The notes beneath the pieces are model-generated. The model ran no database searches. It was given only the letters and a program-made list of their open reading frames with translations, and was not told the origin of the DNA. The position numbers and the translations under genes were made by a program. This document shows, one piece after another, positions 50,199 to 59,161 of a DNA stretch of 64,000 bases; positions within the stretch are counted from its first letter, which is position 1, and the number at the start of each line of letters is the position of its first letter. The DNA lies in the NCBI GenBank assembly GCA_965248925.1, contig CBDFLE010000006.1:2624001-2688000 (forward strand), given 5' to 3'. Origin of the DNA: Candidatus Multivoradales bacterium. Lineage in GTDB: Bacteria > Acidobacteriota > Thermoanaerobaculia > Multivoradales > J023.

Positions 50199-51002
50199 AT
50201 GCGCCAACTCGCCCTTAGCTTGTTTCGCTACCGCAGCCTGCTGTGGACGTTGACCGCGCGCGAACTCAAGGCCCGCTACCGCGGCTCTACCTTGGGCTAC
50301 CTGTGGTCGCTGATCAATCCGCTGATGCTGCTCCTGGTCTACAGCTTTGTCTTTGGCAAGCTACTCGGGACGCGGGACAGCAACGTCAACCCATATGCCC
50401 TTTACCTGGTCAGCGGGATCATGCCTTGGCTGTGGTTCCAGAATTCACTGATGGAAGGCAGCAACTCGCTGTTGGCCAACGCCGGATTGATCCGCAAAGC
50501 CACTTTTCCCACCGAGCTGTTACCCCTGGTCCCGGTGCTAGCCAACCTGGTGCAGTTCTTTCTCGCCTTGCCGGTGATCGCCAGCGGCTTCTTGTTGGCG
50601 CGCCGTTGGGGGTACAACCCGGGGGGGTGGAGCGCGCTGTGGCTGCCGCTGGTGATTCTCACCCTGCTGCCGATGATCGGCGGCATGGCACTCGGTTTGG
50701 CGGCGCTCAACACGCATTTCAAAGACGTCAAGGACATCCTCGCCAACCTATTGACCCTGCTCTTCTTCATGACCCCGATTCTTTACACCCTGGACCGGGT
50801 GCGAGCCTTTCCAAAGATTTTCCCGGTGGTCGAGTTCAATCCCTTCACCCCCGCCGTGTTGGCCTTCCAAGAGGTCCTTTTCTTTGGTCGCTCGCCAAGC
50901 GGTGGCTTGTGGCTCCAGCTGATACTAACCAGCGCTATTTGCTGGTGGGCCGGCAGCTGGTTGTTCGACCGCTTGCGCGATACTTTGGCGGAGGCGGTGT
51001 GA
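50199..51002 (+). CDS. wzm: Polysaccharide ABC exporter permease (Wzm/TagG-like)
   Basis: RELKARYRGSTLGYLWSLINP, FFMTPILY, FNP. Confidence 0.9.
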   Translation: MRQLALSLFRYRSLLWTLTARELKARYRGSTLGYLWSLINPLMLLLVYSFVFGKLLGTRDSNVNPYALYLVSGIMPWLWFQNSLMEGSNSLLANAGLIRKATFPTELLPLVPVLANLVQFFLALPVIASGFLLARRWGYNPGGWSALWLPLVILTLLPMIGGMALGLAALNTHFKDVKDILANLLTLLFFMTPILYTLDRVRAFPKIFPVVEFNPFTPAVLAFQEVLFFGRSPSGGLWLQLILTSAICWWAGSWLFDRLRDTLAEAV

Positions 51003-52372
51003 GCGTCGCTATTCATGTCGACCAGCTGTCGAAGATCTACCGACGATCCACCGCCGGCCATCAGCTGCGCACCCTGAAGAGTGCCCTATTCGAACGCAAC
51101 CTGATCTCCGGCTTGCGGCCCGAGCAAGCTATTCGCGCAGTCGACGACGTCTCCTTCACCGTCGCCCGCGGCGAAGCGCTGGGAGTGATCGGTGGCAACG
51201 GCTCTGGCAAGTCGACCTTGCTCAAGCTGGTGGCCGGAATCCTCCGGCCCAGCTCTGGCAAGATCACCGTCAACGGTCGTGTCGCCGCCTTGATCGAGCT
51301 CGGAGCAGGCTTTCACCCCGAGATCTCCGGCCGCGAGAACATCTACATCAACGGTGCGGTACTGGGACTCAGCAAGCGCCAGATCAACCGCCGGTACGAC
51401 GATATCGTCGAGTTCGCCGGCCTCGAAGACTTCATTGAAGAGCCGGTCAAGAACTACTCCTCCGGCATGTACGTGCGGCTCGGTTTCGCGGTGGCGATTC
51501 ACACCGACCCCGACATTCTGCTGGTCGACGAGGTGTTGGCGGTGGGCGATGAGGCTTTCACCCACCGCTGCATGCGCCGGATCGAAGAGTACCTGGCCCG
51601 CGAACGCACCTTGCTGCTGGTCAGCCATGCCCTGGGACAGATCGAAGAGATCTGCGACCGCGCCTTGTGGATCGACCGCGGGCGGCTACGCCTCGAGGGT
51701 CTGCCACGCAGAGTGCTCGACGCTTATCGTCAGGAGGTGGCCGAGGCCGAGAGCAAGCGCCACCGAGAAGCCAAGGAGTTGTGCGAGGGCCAGTCCGAGG
51801 AGCCGTCGGCCATCGAGCTGACTAGGCGAGACTCCGAGAACCCTGAATCCGCGGCCGACAGCGCTCAACAGCCCGAACCGCCGGACGACGCGGCTGCGGA
51901 GCAGGAGGTACTGCGGTGGGGCTCGGGCGAGGCCACCATCGAGCGAGTGGTAATGTTGTGCGCAGGCGAGGAGCGCTATCACATCAAGAGCGGCGAAGAG
52001 GTGGCTTTCGAGATCGACATTCGGAGTCAGCGCGAATTCGACGACTTTGTCTTTGGTATCGCCCTGTCGACCCCTCGCGGAGTCGAATGCTGGGGCACCA
52101 ACACCGACCTGAGTGGCTGGGTCCCGAAACAGCTGCGGAGCGGCTCCGCACGAGTGCGGATCACTTGCCCGGAGTTGCGCTTGGCACCGGGTGAGTATCT
52201 ACTCGATGTAGCGGTCCACAGTCGCGAAGGCACTCCCTACGACTATCGCCGCAAGTTGCTGTCATTCAGCGTCACAGCCAAGCAGGGGGGCATCGGCCTG
52301 TATTTTCCCCAGCACCAGTGGAGCTTCTCGGAAGGAATCCACTGGCAGGGCGATGAAGGCGACCTAGAATAG
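50999..52372 (+). CDS. wzt: Polysaccharide ABC exporter ATPase with a Wzt C-terminal domain
   Basis: GTGA overlap; GGNGSGKST, YSSGM, LVDEVLAVGD, RWGSGEA, LAPGEY. Confidence 0.92.
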   Translation: MSVAIHVDQLSKIYRRSTAGHQLRTLKSALFERNLISGLRPEQAIRAVDDVSFTVARGEALGVIGGNGSGKSTLLKLVAGILRPSSGKITVNGRVAALIELGAGFHPEISGRENIYINGAVLGLSKRQINRRYDDIVEFAGLEDFIEEPVKNYSSGMYVRLGFAVAIHTDPDILLVDEVLAVGDEAFTHRCMRRIEEYLARERTLLLVSHALGQIEEICDRALWIDRGRLRLEGLPRRVLDAYRQEVAEAESKRHREAKELCEGQSEEPSAIELTRRDSENPESAADSAQQPEPPDDAAAEQEVLRWGSGEATIERVVMLCAGEERYHIKSGEEVAFEIDIRSQREFDDFVFGIALSTPRGVECWGTNTDLSGWVPKQLRSGSARVRITCPELRLAPGEYLLDVAVHSREGTPYDYRRKLLSFSVTAKQGGIGLYFPQHQWSFSEGIHWQGDEGDLE

Positions 52373-52409
52373 GCTTGATCACCTGCTGGCCACAGGCGGA
52401 GACCACGAC

Positions 52410-52697
52410 ATGGCGGACGAACCCTCGGACAAAAGAAATCTCAATATCAAGATCGACGACGAGACGCTCAAGGGGCGCTATGCCAACCTGGTGCGTATCG
52501 TTCACACTCGCGAGGAGTTCATTCTCGATTTCGTCAACATGGTGCCGCCCCAAGGCGTGGTTAACGCCCGAATCGTCACCAGCCCGGCGCATATCAAGCG
52601 CTTGGTGCGCGCGCTGTCGAGCAATCTGCAGCGCTACGAGGAGAGTTTTGGTCCGGTACCGGACACTCCCGAGCCCGAGAAGGGCTCGGTCAACTAG
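52410..52697 (+). CDS. DUF3467 protein
   Basis: GRYANLVRIVHTREEFILDF...ARIVTSPAHIKRL...YEESFG. Confidence 0.85.
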   Translation: MADEPSDKRNLNIKIDDETLKGRYANLVRIVHTREEFILDFVNMVPPQGVVNARIVTSPAHIKRLVRALSSNLQRYEESFGPVPDTPEPEKGSVN

Positions 52698-52714
52698 CCA
52701 GCGGCCCGAGTTCG

Positions 52715-54028
52715 ATGCGCTTTCTCAGCACCCGGAAGAGCAGCTCGCCGGTTAGTCTCGCTGCGGCTTTGCGACTCGGCTTGCCGGCGGACGGCGGTTT
52801 GTTCATGCCCGAACGGCTTACCGCCATGTCCCCAGCTAGACTGCGGCGCCTGGCCGGGGCCGAGGCCAGCGTCGTCGGCGAGGCGGTATTGGGCCATTTG
52901 CTAAGCGACGACTTGCCCGCCCCGATTCTCGCCAATCTAGCCGCCGAAGCTCTCAATTTCCCTCTGCCGCTGCACCGACTCGAGCCCCGGCTCTTGGTGC
53001 TCGAGCTATTTCACGGCCCAACCCTTGCCTTCAAAGATGTCGGGGCGCGATTTCTGGCTCGCTTGCTGGCGGCAACCGACGACGGCACCGGCGGCGATCG
53101 ACCGCTGACTGTGGTGGTGGCCACTTCTGGCGACACTGGTGGCGCGGTCGCGCGGGCCTTTCACGGGGTTGCGGGCACTCAGGTTGCGATCCTCTACCCC
53201 GACGGCCAGGTCAGCCCGTTGCAGGAACGGCAGCTGGCCACCCTGGGCAACAACATTCGGGCCTTTGCCGTCGACGGCACCTTCGACGACTGCCAACGAC
53301 TGGTCAAGCGAGCCTTTGCCGAGCCGGGTCTACGCCAAGAGTTACGTCTGACCTCGGCCAACTCGATCAACGTTGGACGGCTGCTGCCGCAGATCATTTA
53401 CTACTTCGTGGCGGTCGCCCAGCTGAGCGCCACGGAAGCAGGCAGAAAGCGGCTCTTTGTGGTGCCGAGCGGCAACTTTGGCAACCTCACCGCCGGTCTG
53501 ATGGCCCAGCGACTCGGCCTCGGTGTCGATCACTTTGTCGCCGCCACCAATACCAACGACGTCGTACCCTGCTACCTTGACAGCGGTCGCTTCGAGCCGC
53601 GCGCTGCCCAACGCACCATATCGAACGCCATGGATGTCGGCAATCCAAGCAATTTTGACCGCATCTTGCACCTCTACGACAGCGATTGGCAGGCCATCCG
53701 GCATGATGTAAGCGGCAGCCGGCACGACGATGAGGCCACCCGGCAGACCATCTTGGAAGTCGAGCGCAAGCATCACTATCTGCTCGACCCACACACCGCG
53801 GTCGGCTACCAAGCCGCCCGCCATGCCTTGAGTCAAGCACCCACCGACACCCTGGCCATTGTTCTCGCCACCGCCCACCCGGCGAAATTCGGTGAAATCG
53901 TCGAGCCCCTCATCGGCCGCCCGGTGGAACTCCCCCCAGCCCTCGCCGAGCGTCTCGGCCTGCCTTTGAGCAAAGAGCCCATGGCCAACCATTTCCCGAC
54001 GCTGAAAGAGCGCTTGCTCAACTGGTGA
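52715..54028 (+). CDS. thrC: Threonine synthase
   Basis: ELFHGPTLAFKD, ATSGDTG, SANSIN, VPSGNFGN, TAHPAKF. Confidence 0.97.
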   Translation: MRFLSTRKSSSPVSLAAALRLGLPADGGLFMPERLTAMSPARLRRLAGAEASVVGEAVLGHLLSDDLPAPILANLAAEALNFPLPLHRLEPRLLVLELFHGPTLAFKDVGARFLARLLAATDDGTGGDRPLTVVVATSGDTGGAVARAFHGVAGTQVAILYPDGQVSPLQERQLATLGNNIRAFAVDGTFDDCQRLVKRAFAEPGLRQELRLTSANSINVGRLLPQIIYYFVAVAQLSATEAGRKRLFVVPSGNFGNLTAGLMAQRLGLGVDHFVAATNTNDVVPCYLDSGRFEPRAAQRTISNAMDVGNPSNFDRILHLYDSDWQAIRHDVSGSRHDDEATRQTILEVERKHHYLLDPHTAVGYQAARHALSQAPTDTLAIVLATAHPAKFGEIVEPLIGRPVELPPALAERLGLPLSKEPMANHFPTLKERLLNW

Positions 54029-54425
54029 GGGCGAAAACGACAGTGCTTGCGCTGCCAAGACGGGAAGTGACTCGAAGAAGGCCGTAGAAGTGATGGCAAG
54101 CACCAGTTCAAGGAGTACTTGGCAAGCTCATCGCCAACAAATAGCCGCTTCCGAACGAAGTTCGAAGCCGGATTCCATCGGCGAAAGCGATTCTCGCTCT
54201 TTCGTGGCAGGAGAATCTTTGAAGGTCAGCGAGGATATTGTTCGTTTCATCCTGCTGAGCATTCAAGGAGACTTGAATCTTTTCCATTCCGTTGTTTCTC
54301 GAACGAGCTCTTTCATCGTGGTCTGTCACGAGTCTCGGATTATTGAAAGAGAGAGAACAAGTCTTGCAAGCTCTTCAAGCTTTGGAGAAGTTTCGTCATC
54401 ATGTTTTTACACCAACACATACCAA

Positions 54426-54477
54426 TATCTTCTAGACTCTCCTAGAAGATAATTGCGCCATCTAGTCGAGATGGCGC
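54426..54477. promoter_or_regulatory. Two adjacent inverted repeats upstream of the HicB-like gene
   Basis: TATCTTCTAG-N6-CTAGAAGATA and GCGCCATCT-N5-AGATGGCGC. Confidence 0.6.
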
Positions 54478-54502
54478 GGTCTGGTCTATCGAAAGGAGCA
54501 TC

Positions 54503-54829
54503 ATGCACAATCCACCAAATTTTGCCGATAAGATTAGAGCCGTCTGCTTTAAGGAGTCTGGGAAGTGGGTGGCAGTGTGTCTGGAGCACTACATCGCAAC
54601 TCAGGCAGATTCTCTCAACGATCTGCTCTACGAACTGGACCGTACTTTGGTAAGCTACGTCGCTATTGCGATGGAGGAAGGCAAACAGCCTTTTGGTGGG
54701 TTACCAAGAACTCCTCAGCGATATCACGAAATGTGGGAAGAAGCCGAGCGCCTCCCGGAGTTCAGAGAAATTTTCGAACAGAAAGGGCGGCCAGAATCAG
54801 AAGTCGGTCTGTATCTACAGGCAGCATAA
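54503..54829 (+). CDS. HicB-like antitoxin-fold protein
   Basis: AAGGAG RBS; IRAVCFKESGKWVAVCLEHYIATQADSLNDLLYEL (partial RNase H fold pattern). Confidence 0.65.
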   Translation: MHNPPNFADKIRAVCFKESGKWVAVCLEHYIATQADSLNDLLYELDRTLVSYVAIAMEEGKQPFGGLPRTPQRYHEMWEEAERLPEFREIFEQKGRPESEVGLYLQAA

Positions 54830-54847
54830 GCTTTGAATACACCCCTC

Positions 54848-55093
54848 ATGACTCTGCACGACCTGATCGCCACGGCGTCAGCCAGAGGCGCGAAGCTTGG
54901 GGATCGGAATCTGGGCGGCCCGCGCGGGCAGGTAGTCAGCAGATTCCTTAGAATCGACGGTGGCCCGGCGGTTTTTCTGCCTGGTGGTGATCTTGATCAG
55001 CTTCTCTCTGAATCAACCGTAGATTCAATTGTGACTAGCCTTGGCCTTGGTCATCTCCGTGAGGATTTTCACCTCGCCCCAGCCGAAGACTGA
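54848..55093 (+). CDS. Small protein, possibly HicA-like
   Basis: Helix-strand-helix pattern ending FLPGGDLDQLLSESTVDSIVTSLGL; follows the HicB-like gene. Confidence 0.45.
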   Translation: MTLHDLIATASARGAKLGDRNLGGPRGQVVSRFLRIDGGPAVFLPGGDLDQLLSESTVDSIVTSLGLGHLREDFHLAPAED

Positions 55094-55304
55094 CCGTTAG
55101 CAACTCGCCAGAGCCTTTTCAGGAGCCATTGGCGCGAACGCCACTACCTTGGCGACGGTTTGTCTGGATTAGGCGAGATCGGGAGCACCAACGGAATCCT
55201 CTCCCGTCACTCGTTTTTCTGCGGTGTCCGTAAGATACTCGTACTACTTCTGTCCAACAACTCCACCGCCCTCGCCCCGAGTAGCGCGGTTGGCTTCCGT
55301 GCCC

Positions 55305-55494
55305 CCCGCCGACACCCTGGCCCTGGTGCTCACCCCCACCCACCCTGCAAAGTTTGGCGAGGTCGTCGAGCCCCTCATCAGCCGCCCGGTGGAACTCCCT
55401 CCTCGCCCTCGCCGAGCGAATCGACCTACCGTTCGACAAGGAGCCTTTGGCCAATCGCTTCGCGGCGTTCAGAGAGCGCCTGCTCAGCGGGTAG
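55305..55494 (+). pseudogene. thrC: Displaced, diverged 3' end of thrC with a frameshift
   Basis: PADTLALVLTPTHPAKFGEVVEPLISRPVELPP/ALAERIDLPFDKEPLANRFAAFRERLLSG*; about 78% nt identity to 53840-54028 (manual count); 1-nt insertion near 55404. Confidence 0.9.
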
Positions 55495-55688
55495 AGCGAT
55501 GGGCCCGAGGAGGCTGCATTGCCGAGGCAAGTGAGCGGTGGAGAAAGAAGGCCGGTCAATGGCTGCCAGGGAAGTAGATGCCCGAGAAGGGGCAGCAACC
55601 ACTGACCGGCGGATGCATCGAGGAGCTCTGTGGTGGTGCGACGAGCATCGATGGCAGAAGGGCCGGTATGGCGGAAGAACTTGGGCGC

Positions 55689-56288
55689 TCAGCGCCACTT
55701 TTCGCTTTCGACATCGTAGATCATGATGCGGATGTGGCCGTGGCGGCTGCTGATCCGGGTGGCGGCCAAATGGCGATTTCCGTCGGTAACGTAGACCGTG
55801 CCCGGCGTCGCCGTACCTAGGGGCGAGAAGGACGCTAGATCGCTGTTGTTGAAACGGATCGGATCGTGCAAACGCCCCAGCCGACGCCGCGGGTCACTGG
55901 GATCGCGGGGCGGCAAGCCCAGAGGGAAGCCAGGGAAGACCATCCGGCCGAGGCGGCGCATCGGCCGTGGTGGTAGTAGTTCGGGGTCGGTGCCGTCGTC
56001 AATATCTCGATTGCGCACCCCATCGCCGTCGCCATCACCATAGAGCGCCCAGCTGATATCCCCTGAGTCGCCGATCAGGAATTTCACCGCTACATTCTTG
56101 TTGCGTTGGATGGCATATTGCCGCGCCTTCTGCAATGCCGAGGCGACCTCGGAAGCCGCGGCCTCCACTTTGGTTACCCCATTCCAACTGAGCAGCGACG
56201 GTACGCCGAGTAAGGCAGCCCACAGACTCAGGGCGAGAACGACGAGCATTTCGAGCAGGTTGAAGCCGCATTGTTGCCTGATCATCAT
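55689..56288 (-). CDS. GspH/FimT-like minor pseudopilin
   Basis: Prepilin motif G-FNLLEMLVVL; FSPLGTATPGTVYV. Confidence 0.85.
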   Translation of the reverse strand: MMIRQQCGFNLLEMLVVLALSLWAALLGVPSLLSWNGVTKVEAAASEVASALQKARQYAIQRNKNVAVKFLIGDSGDISWALYGDGDGDGVRNRDIDDGTDPELLPPRPMRRLGRMVFPGFPLGLPPRDPSDPRRRLGRLHDPIRFNNSDLASFSPLGTATPGTVYVTDGNRHLAATRISSRHGHIRIMIYDVESEKWR

Positions 56289-56314
56289 CGGCCCTCCATG
56301 GGCGAAGAAAGGCG

Positions 56315-56346
56315 ATCGAGGGGAGGCCATGAAGCCTCCCCTCGAT
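56315..56346 (-). terminator. Stem-loop between comEA and the pseudopilin gene
   Basis: ATCGAGGGGAGGC-catgaa-GCCTCCCCTCGAT. Confidence 0.6.
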
Positions 56347-56352
56347 GCTGCT

Positions 56353-56706
56353 TCAGTGGTTTTCCTCGGCAGGGGGCGTCGGACGGGCCTTGCTGCTCAG
56401 CGTGGTCTCACCGGTGGTGACTACGAAGGGGGCCATCAGGGTGTAGGTTTTCTCACCGATGCCCCGTACCAGGATGAGATCTTCGGGGCGCTCGAACTGG
56501 CCATTCTCTTGGCGAAAATCCAAGATGCGCTGAGCTAGAGCAGGTCCAATCCGCGGCAAGTAGGTCAGCTGCTCGGAACCGGCGGTGTTGATGTTGACTA
56601 CTCCTGCGGCGGGCTGGGCCAGCGCCGGTAATGAGCACAAGGTCAGGGCGACGAGGACGAAGAGGCTGAGGAGCTGAGTAAGAGGTCGGTTGATTTGAGC
56701 TTGCAT
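56353..56706 (-). CDS. comEA: ComEA family HhH DNA-binding protein
   Basis: Signal peptide; VNINTA...LPRIGPALAQRI...VRGIGEKT. Confidence 0.92.
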   Translation of the reverse strand: MQAQINRPLTQLLSLFVLVALTLCSLPALAQPAAGVVNINTAGSEQLTYLPRIGPALAQRILDFRQENGQFERPEDLILVRGIGEKTYTLMAPFVVTTGETTLSSKARPTPPAEENH

Positions 56707-57070
56707 GGGTTTCTCCTTGAATCGAGGTGTTGGTTGGTTTCTGGTTGGTTTCTATTTGGGGCCTACCCGGCCCCGGGGGTTGTCCTTCATTCCTGTCTGT
56801 TGGATCTCGGTGTTCGCCGCACCTCCTTTCTTGTTGGTTATGCGAAGGCCTTATTTCACGCTCGGTGCCAGCTGCTTAGCGATTTGTTAATCGCTGAAAA
56901 TAAAGGAGTTAAGGATCCACTTAGCGAAAGGTCGGATTCCTGGCCGTCAAGCCATTCAGCCGCCGAAAGGGGATTTAGACGGCTCATCGGTGCTCACGCC
57001 CGGCGGCACAGGGAGTTGGCAGCGTGTCCAGCGATTGCGACAGGCTGCCGAATGACTGGACAAAGATGAT

Positions 57071-57158
57071 TGGACGGTGGTGACTGGACGGTGGTGACTG
57101 GACGGTGGTGACTGGACGGTGGTGACTGGACGGTGGTGACTGGCCGGTGGTGACTGGA
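57071..57158. repeat. 14-bp tandem repeat TGGACGGTGGTGAC x6
   Basis: Five perfect units and one unit with a single mismatch; one degenerate unit upstream. Confidence 0.95.
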
Positions 57159-57222
57159 TCGTGGCAGGTTGGCCGCTGCCGGACTGGCTCGAAGAGGGGG
57201 GATTCGGTTACATTAGGCCGTC

Positions 57223-57945
57223 ATGAGCGAAAACCAGCCTGCCCCAGAGACCCGTTCGTTGTTTCGGGAGTACCTAGAGGCGATCCTTATCGCGGCGATC
57301 TTCCTCGGCTTCACCAACACCTTCGTGGTCAAGACGTTCTACATTCCGAGTAGCTCGATGGAGTCGACTTTGGAGATTGGCGACCATCTCTTCGTCAATC
57401 GCTTCATCTATGGACCGGCCTCTGGGTGGGGGCAGAAGTTGCTGCCTGGGCGCGACGTGCGGCGCGGAGACATTGTTGTTTTCCGCTCACCGCAGAGCCC
57501 TGAAACCGATCTGGTCAAGCGCTGCATCGGCGTTCCCGGCGACCAGATCCAACTGCGTGATCAGGTGCTCTGGGTCAATGGGCAAGAGGTTGAGGACAGT
57601 AGTTTCGCGCACTACGACATCCACGATGACCTGGGCAAACTACCGGCCAGTGTGCGCTCCCGACTGCGTCATACGCGAGATAATTTTGGCCCCTTCGAGG
57701 TGCCGGACAACGAATTCTTCTTCCTCGGCGACAATCGCAACCACTCCAACGACTCCCGCTTCTGGGGCACCGTGCCACGGGAGATGATCAAGGGACGGGC
57801 TTTGCTGGTCTATTGGTCGTACGGCGGCAAGACGCCGGATGGAACTTGGACTTCTGCCGGCGAGAAACTGCTGCATATCGGCCAAACTCTGCTCGGCTTT
57901 TTTCCCAAGACTCGCTGGAGTCGCACTTTTCACCTAATCCGCTAG
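57223..57945 (+). CDS. lepB: Signal peptidase I
   Basis: IPSSSM, LVKRCIG, GDNRNHSNDSR. Confidence 0.95.
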   Translation: MSENQPAPETRSLFREYLEAILIAAIFLGFTNTFVVKTFYIPSSSMESTLEIGDHLFVNRFIYGPASGWGQKLLPGRDVRRGDIVVFRSPQSPETDLVKRCIGVPGDQIQLRDQVLWVNGQEVEDSSFAHYDIHDDLGKLPASVRSRLRHTRDNFGPFEVPDNEFFFLGDNRNHSNDSRFWGTVPREMIKGRALLVYWSYGGKTPDGTWTSAGEKLLHIGQTLLGFFPKTRWSRTFHLIR

Positions 57946-57961
57946 GGTCCCGAGCTTCTCG

Positions 57962-58705
57962 ATGTCCACCAGTCTTCGACTGAACACGATCGGCGGCAAC
58001 ATGCAGCGCTGGGCAGGGACGGCCAGGGCCACGCTGAGGGGCTGCCTCGAGGCCCTTTTGGTGGCGTTGATCCTGGCTTTGTTTGTGCGCACCTTCCTCT
58101 TTCAAGTCCTAGAAGTGCCCAGCGACTCGATGGAACCCGGTCTGCTGGCCGGCGACCGGTTACTGATCGACCAGATGACCTTTGCTCGCCACGGTTCCCT
58201 GGCCGGCATCTGGCCAACCCGACCCGTGCGCTCAGGGGAGCTAGTGTTGTTCCGCTTTCCTGAAGATCCGTCGCGCAGCTTTGTCAAACGCTGCTTGGGG
58301 ATGCCAGGCGACGACATCGAAATCCTCAACAAGCGGCTCTACATCGATGGTGAAATCCAGGATGAATCGGGCTACGTCGTACACCGAGATCCGCGGACTT
58401 ACCTCGATTCGGAGTTTCTCGACGAGGAATTCCGCCTTCGCGACCACCTGGCGCGCCAACAAGTGCCGGCGGAACATCTCTTCTGCTTGGGCGACAACCG
58501 CGATGTATCCAACGACTCTCGCTATTGGGGTCCGGTGCCGCGGTCTTCAGTGCTCGGGCGACCGCTGCTGGTGCTGTGGTCCTTCGAGCGCAACGACTCG
58601 GCGAGGGACCGTCTTTCAGACCCCGACTGGGGTAAGATCCGGGAATCCTGGTTCAACGAGGGTAAGGGCGTTCGCTGGCATCGCTCGCTAAAGAGGGTCC
58701 AGTGA
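57962..58705 (+). CDS. lepB: Signal peptidase I, second paralog
   Basis: VPSDSM, FVKRCLG, GDNRDVSNDSR. Confidence 0.92.
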   Translation: MSTSLRLNTIGGNMQRWAGTARATLRGCLEALLVALILALFVRTFLFQVLEVPSDSMEPGLLAGDRLLIDQMTFARHGSLAGIWPTRPVRSGELVLFRFPEDPSRSFVKRCLGMPGDDIEILNKRLYIDGEIQDESGYVVHRDPRTYLDSEFLDEEFRLRDHLARQQVPAEHLFCLGDNRDVSNDSRYWGPVPRSSVLGRPLLVLWSFERNDSARDRLSDPDWGKIRESWFNEGKGVRWHRSLKRVQ

Positions 58706-58746
58706 AGGTCGGCCAAAGCAGGTAACGATCGAGTAGGAGGTTGGCG

Positions 58747-59115
58747 ATGCGTCGGTTGGGTTCGCAGAGTGGAGAAGGCAGGGCCGGTTGCCTGTTGTGG
58801 ATTCTGGTCTTGCTGGCTGGCATCTTGGGCGCTTCTCGGGTGATTCCCGTGACCATCGCCAAGGCAGAGCTGAAGGACTATATCGTTGAGATTTCGCAAC
58901 GGCATCCGCGCTGGAATGCGAGGCGAATCAGCAAGAAGCTGGTCGACCGAGCCGAGGAACTCGACTTGCCGCTCGACAAGAAGAACGTCAAAGTCCGAAA
59001 GACCGCCGATCGGATGGTTGTCGAGATGACGTTCGTAACCCCTTTAGATTTCTACGTTTACACTTGGAATTGGGAACACCACATCGAGGAAGCACGAGAT
59101 ATTTTCTACTTCTAG
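58747..59115 (+). CDS. DUF4845-like single-TM protein
   Basis: AGGAGG RBS; SGEGRAGCLLWILVLL; directly follows lepB. Confidence 0.6.
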   Translation: MRRLGSQSGEGRAGCLLWILVLLAGILGASRVIPVTIAKAELKDYIVEISQRHPRWNARRISKKLVDRAEELDLPLDKKNVKVRKTADRMVVEMTFVTPLDFYVYTWNWEHHIEEARDIFYF

Positions 59116-59161
59116 CCACCCTGCGCGGCGGGCTGAAGATGGTGGCGCTGGCTCGCCGGGT

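Noticed and set aside
50243-50998. N-terminal extension making Wzt 709 aa; similar extensions on ppiD, rodA, mreB and mreC
   Set aside because: They overlap upstream genes; better-supported starts lie downstream
54090-54420. Gene in the AT-richer part of the thrC insert
   Set aside because: The most protein-like minus-strand frame has several stops and no recognisable family; probably a remnant
57071-57158. CRISPR array
   Set aside because: Short contiguous units with no spacers, and no cas genes
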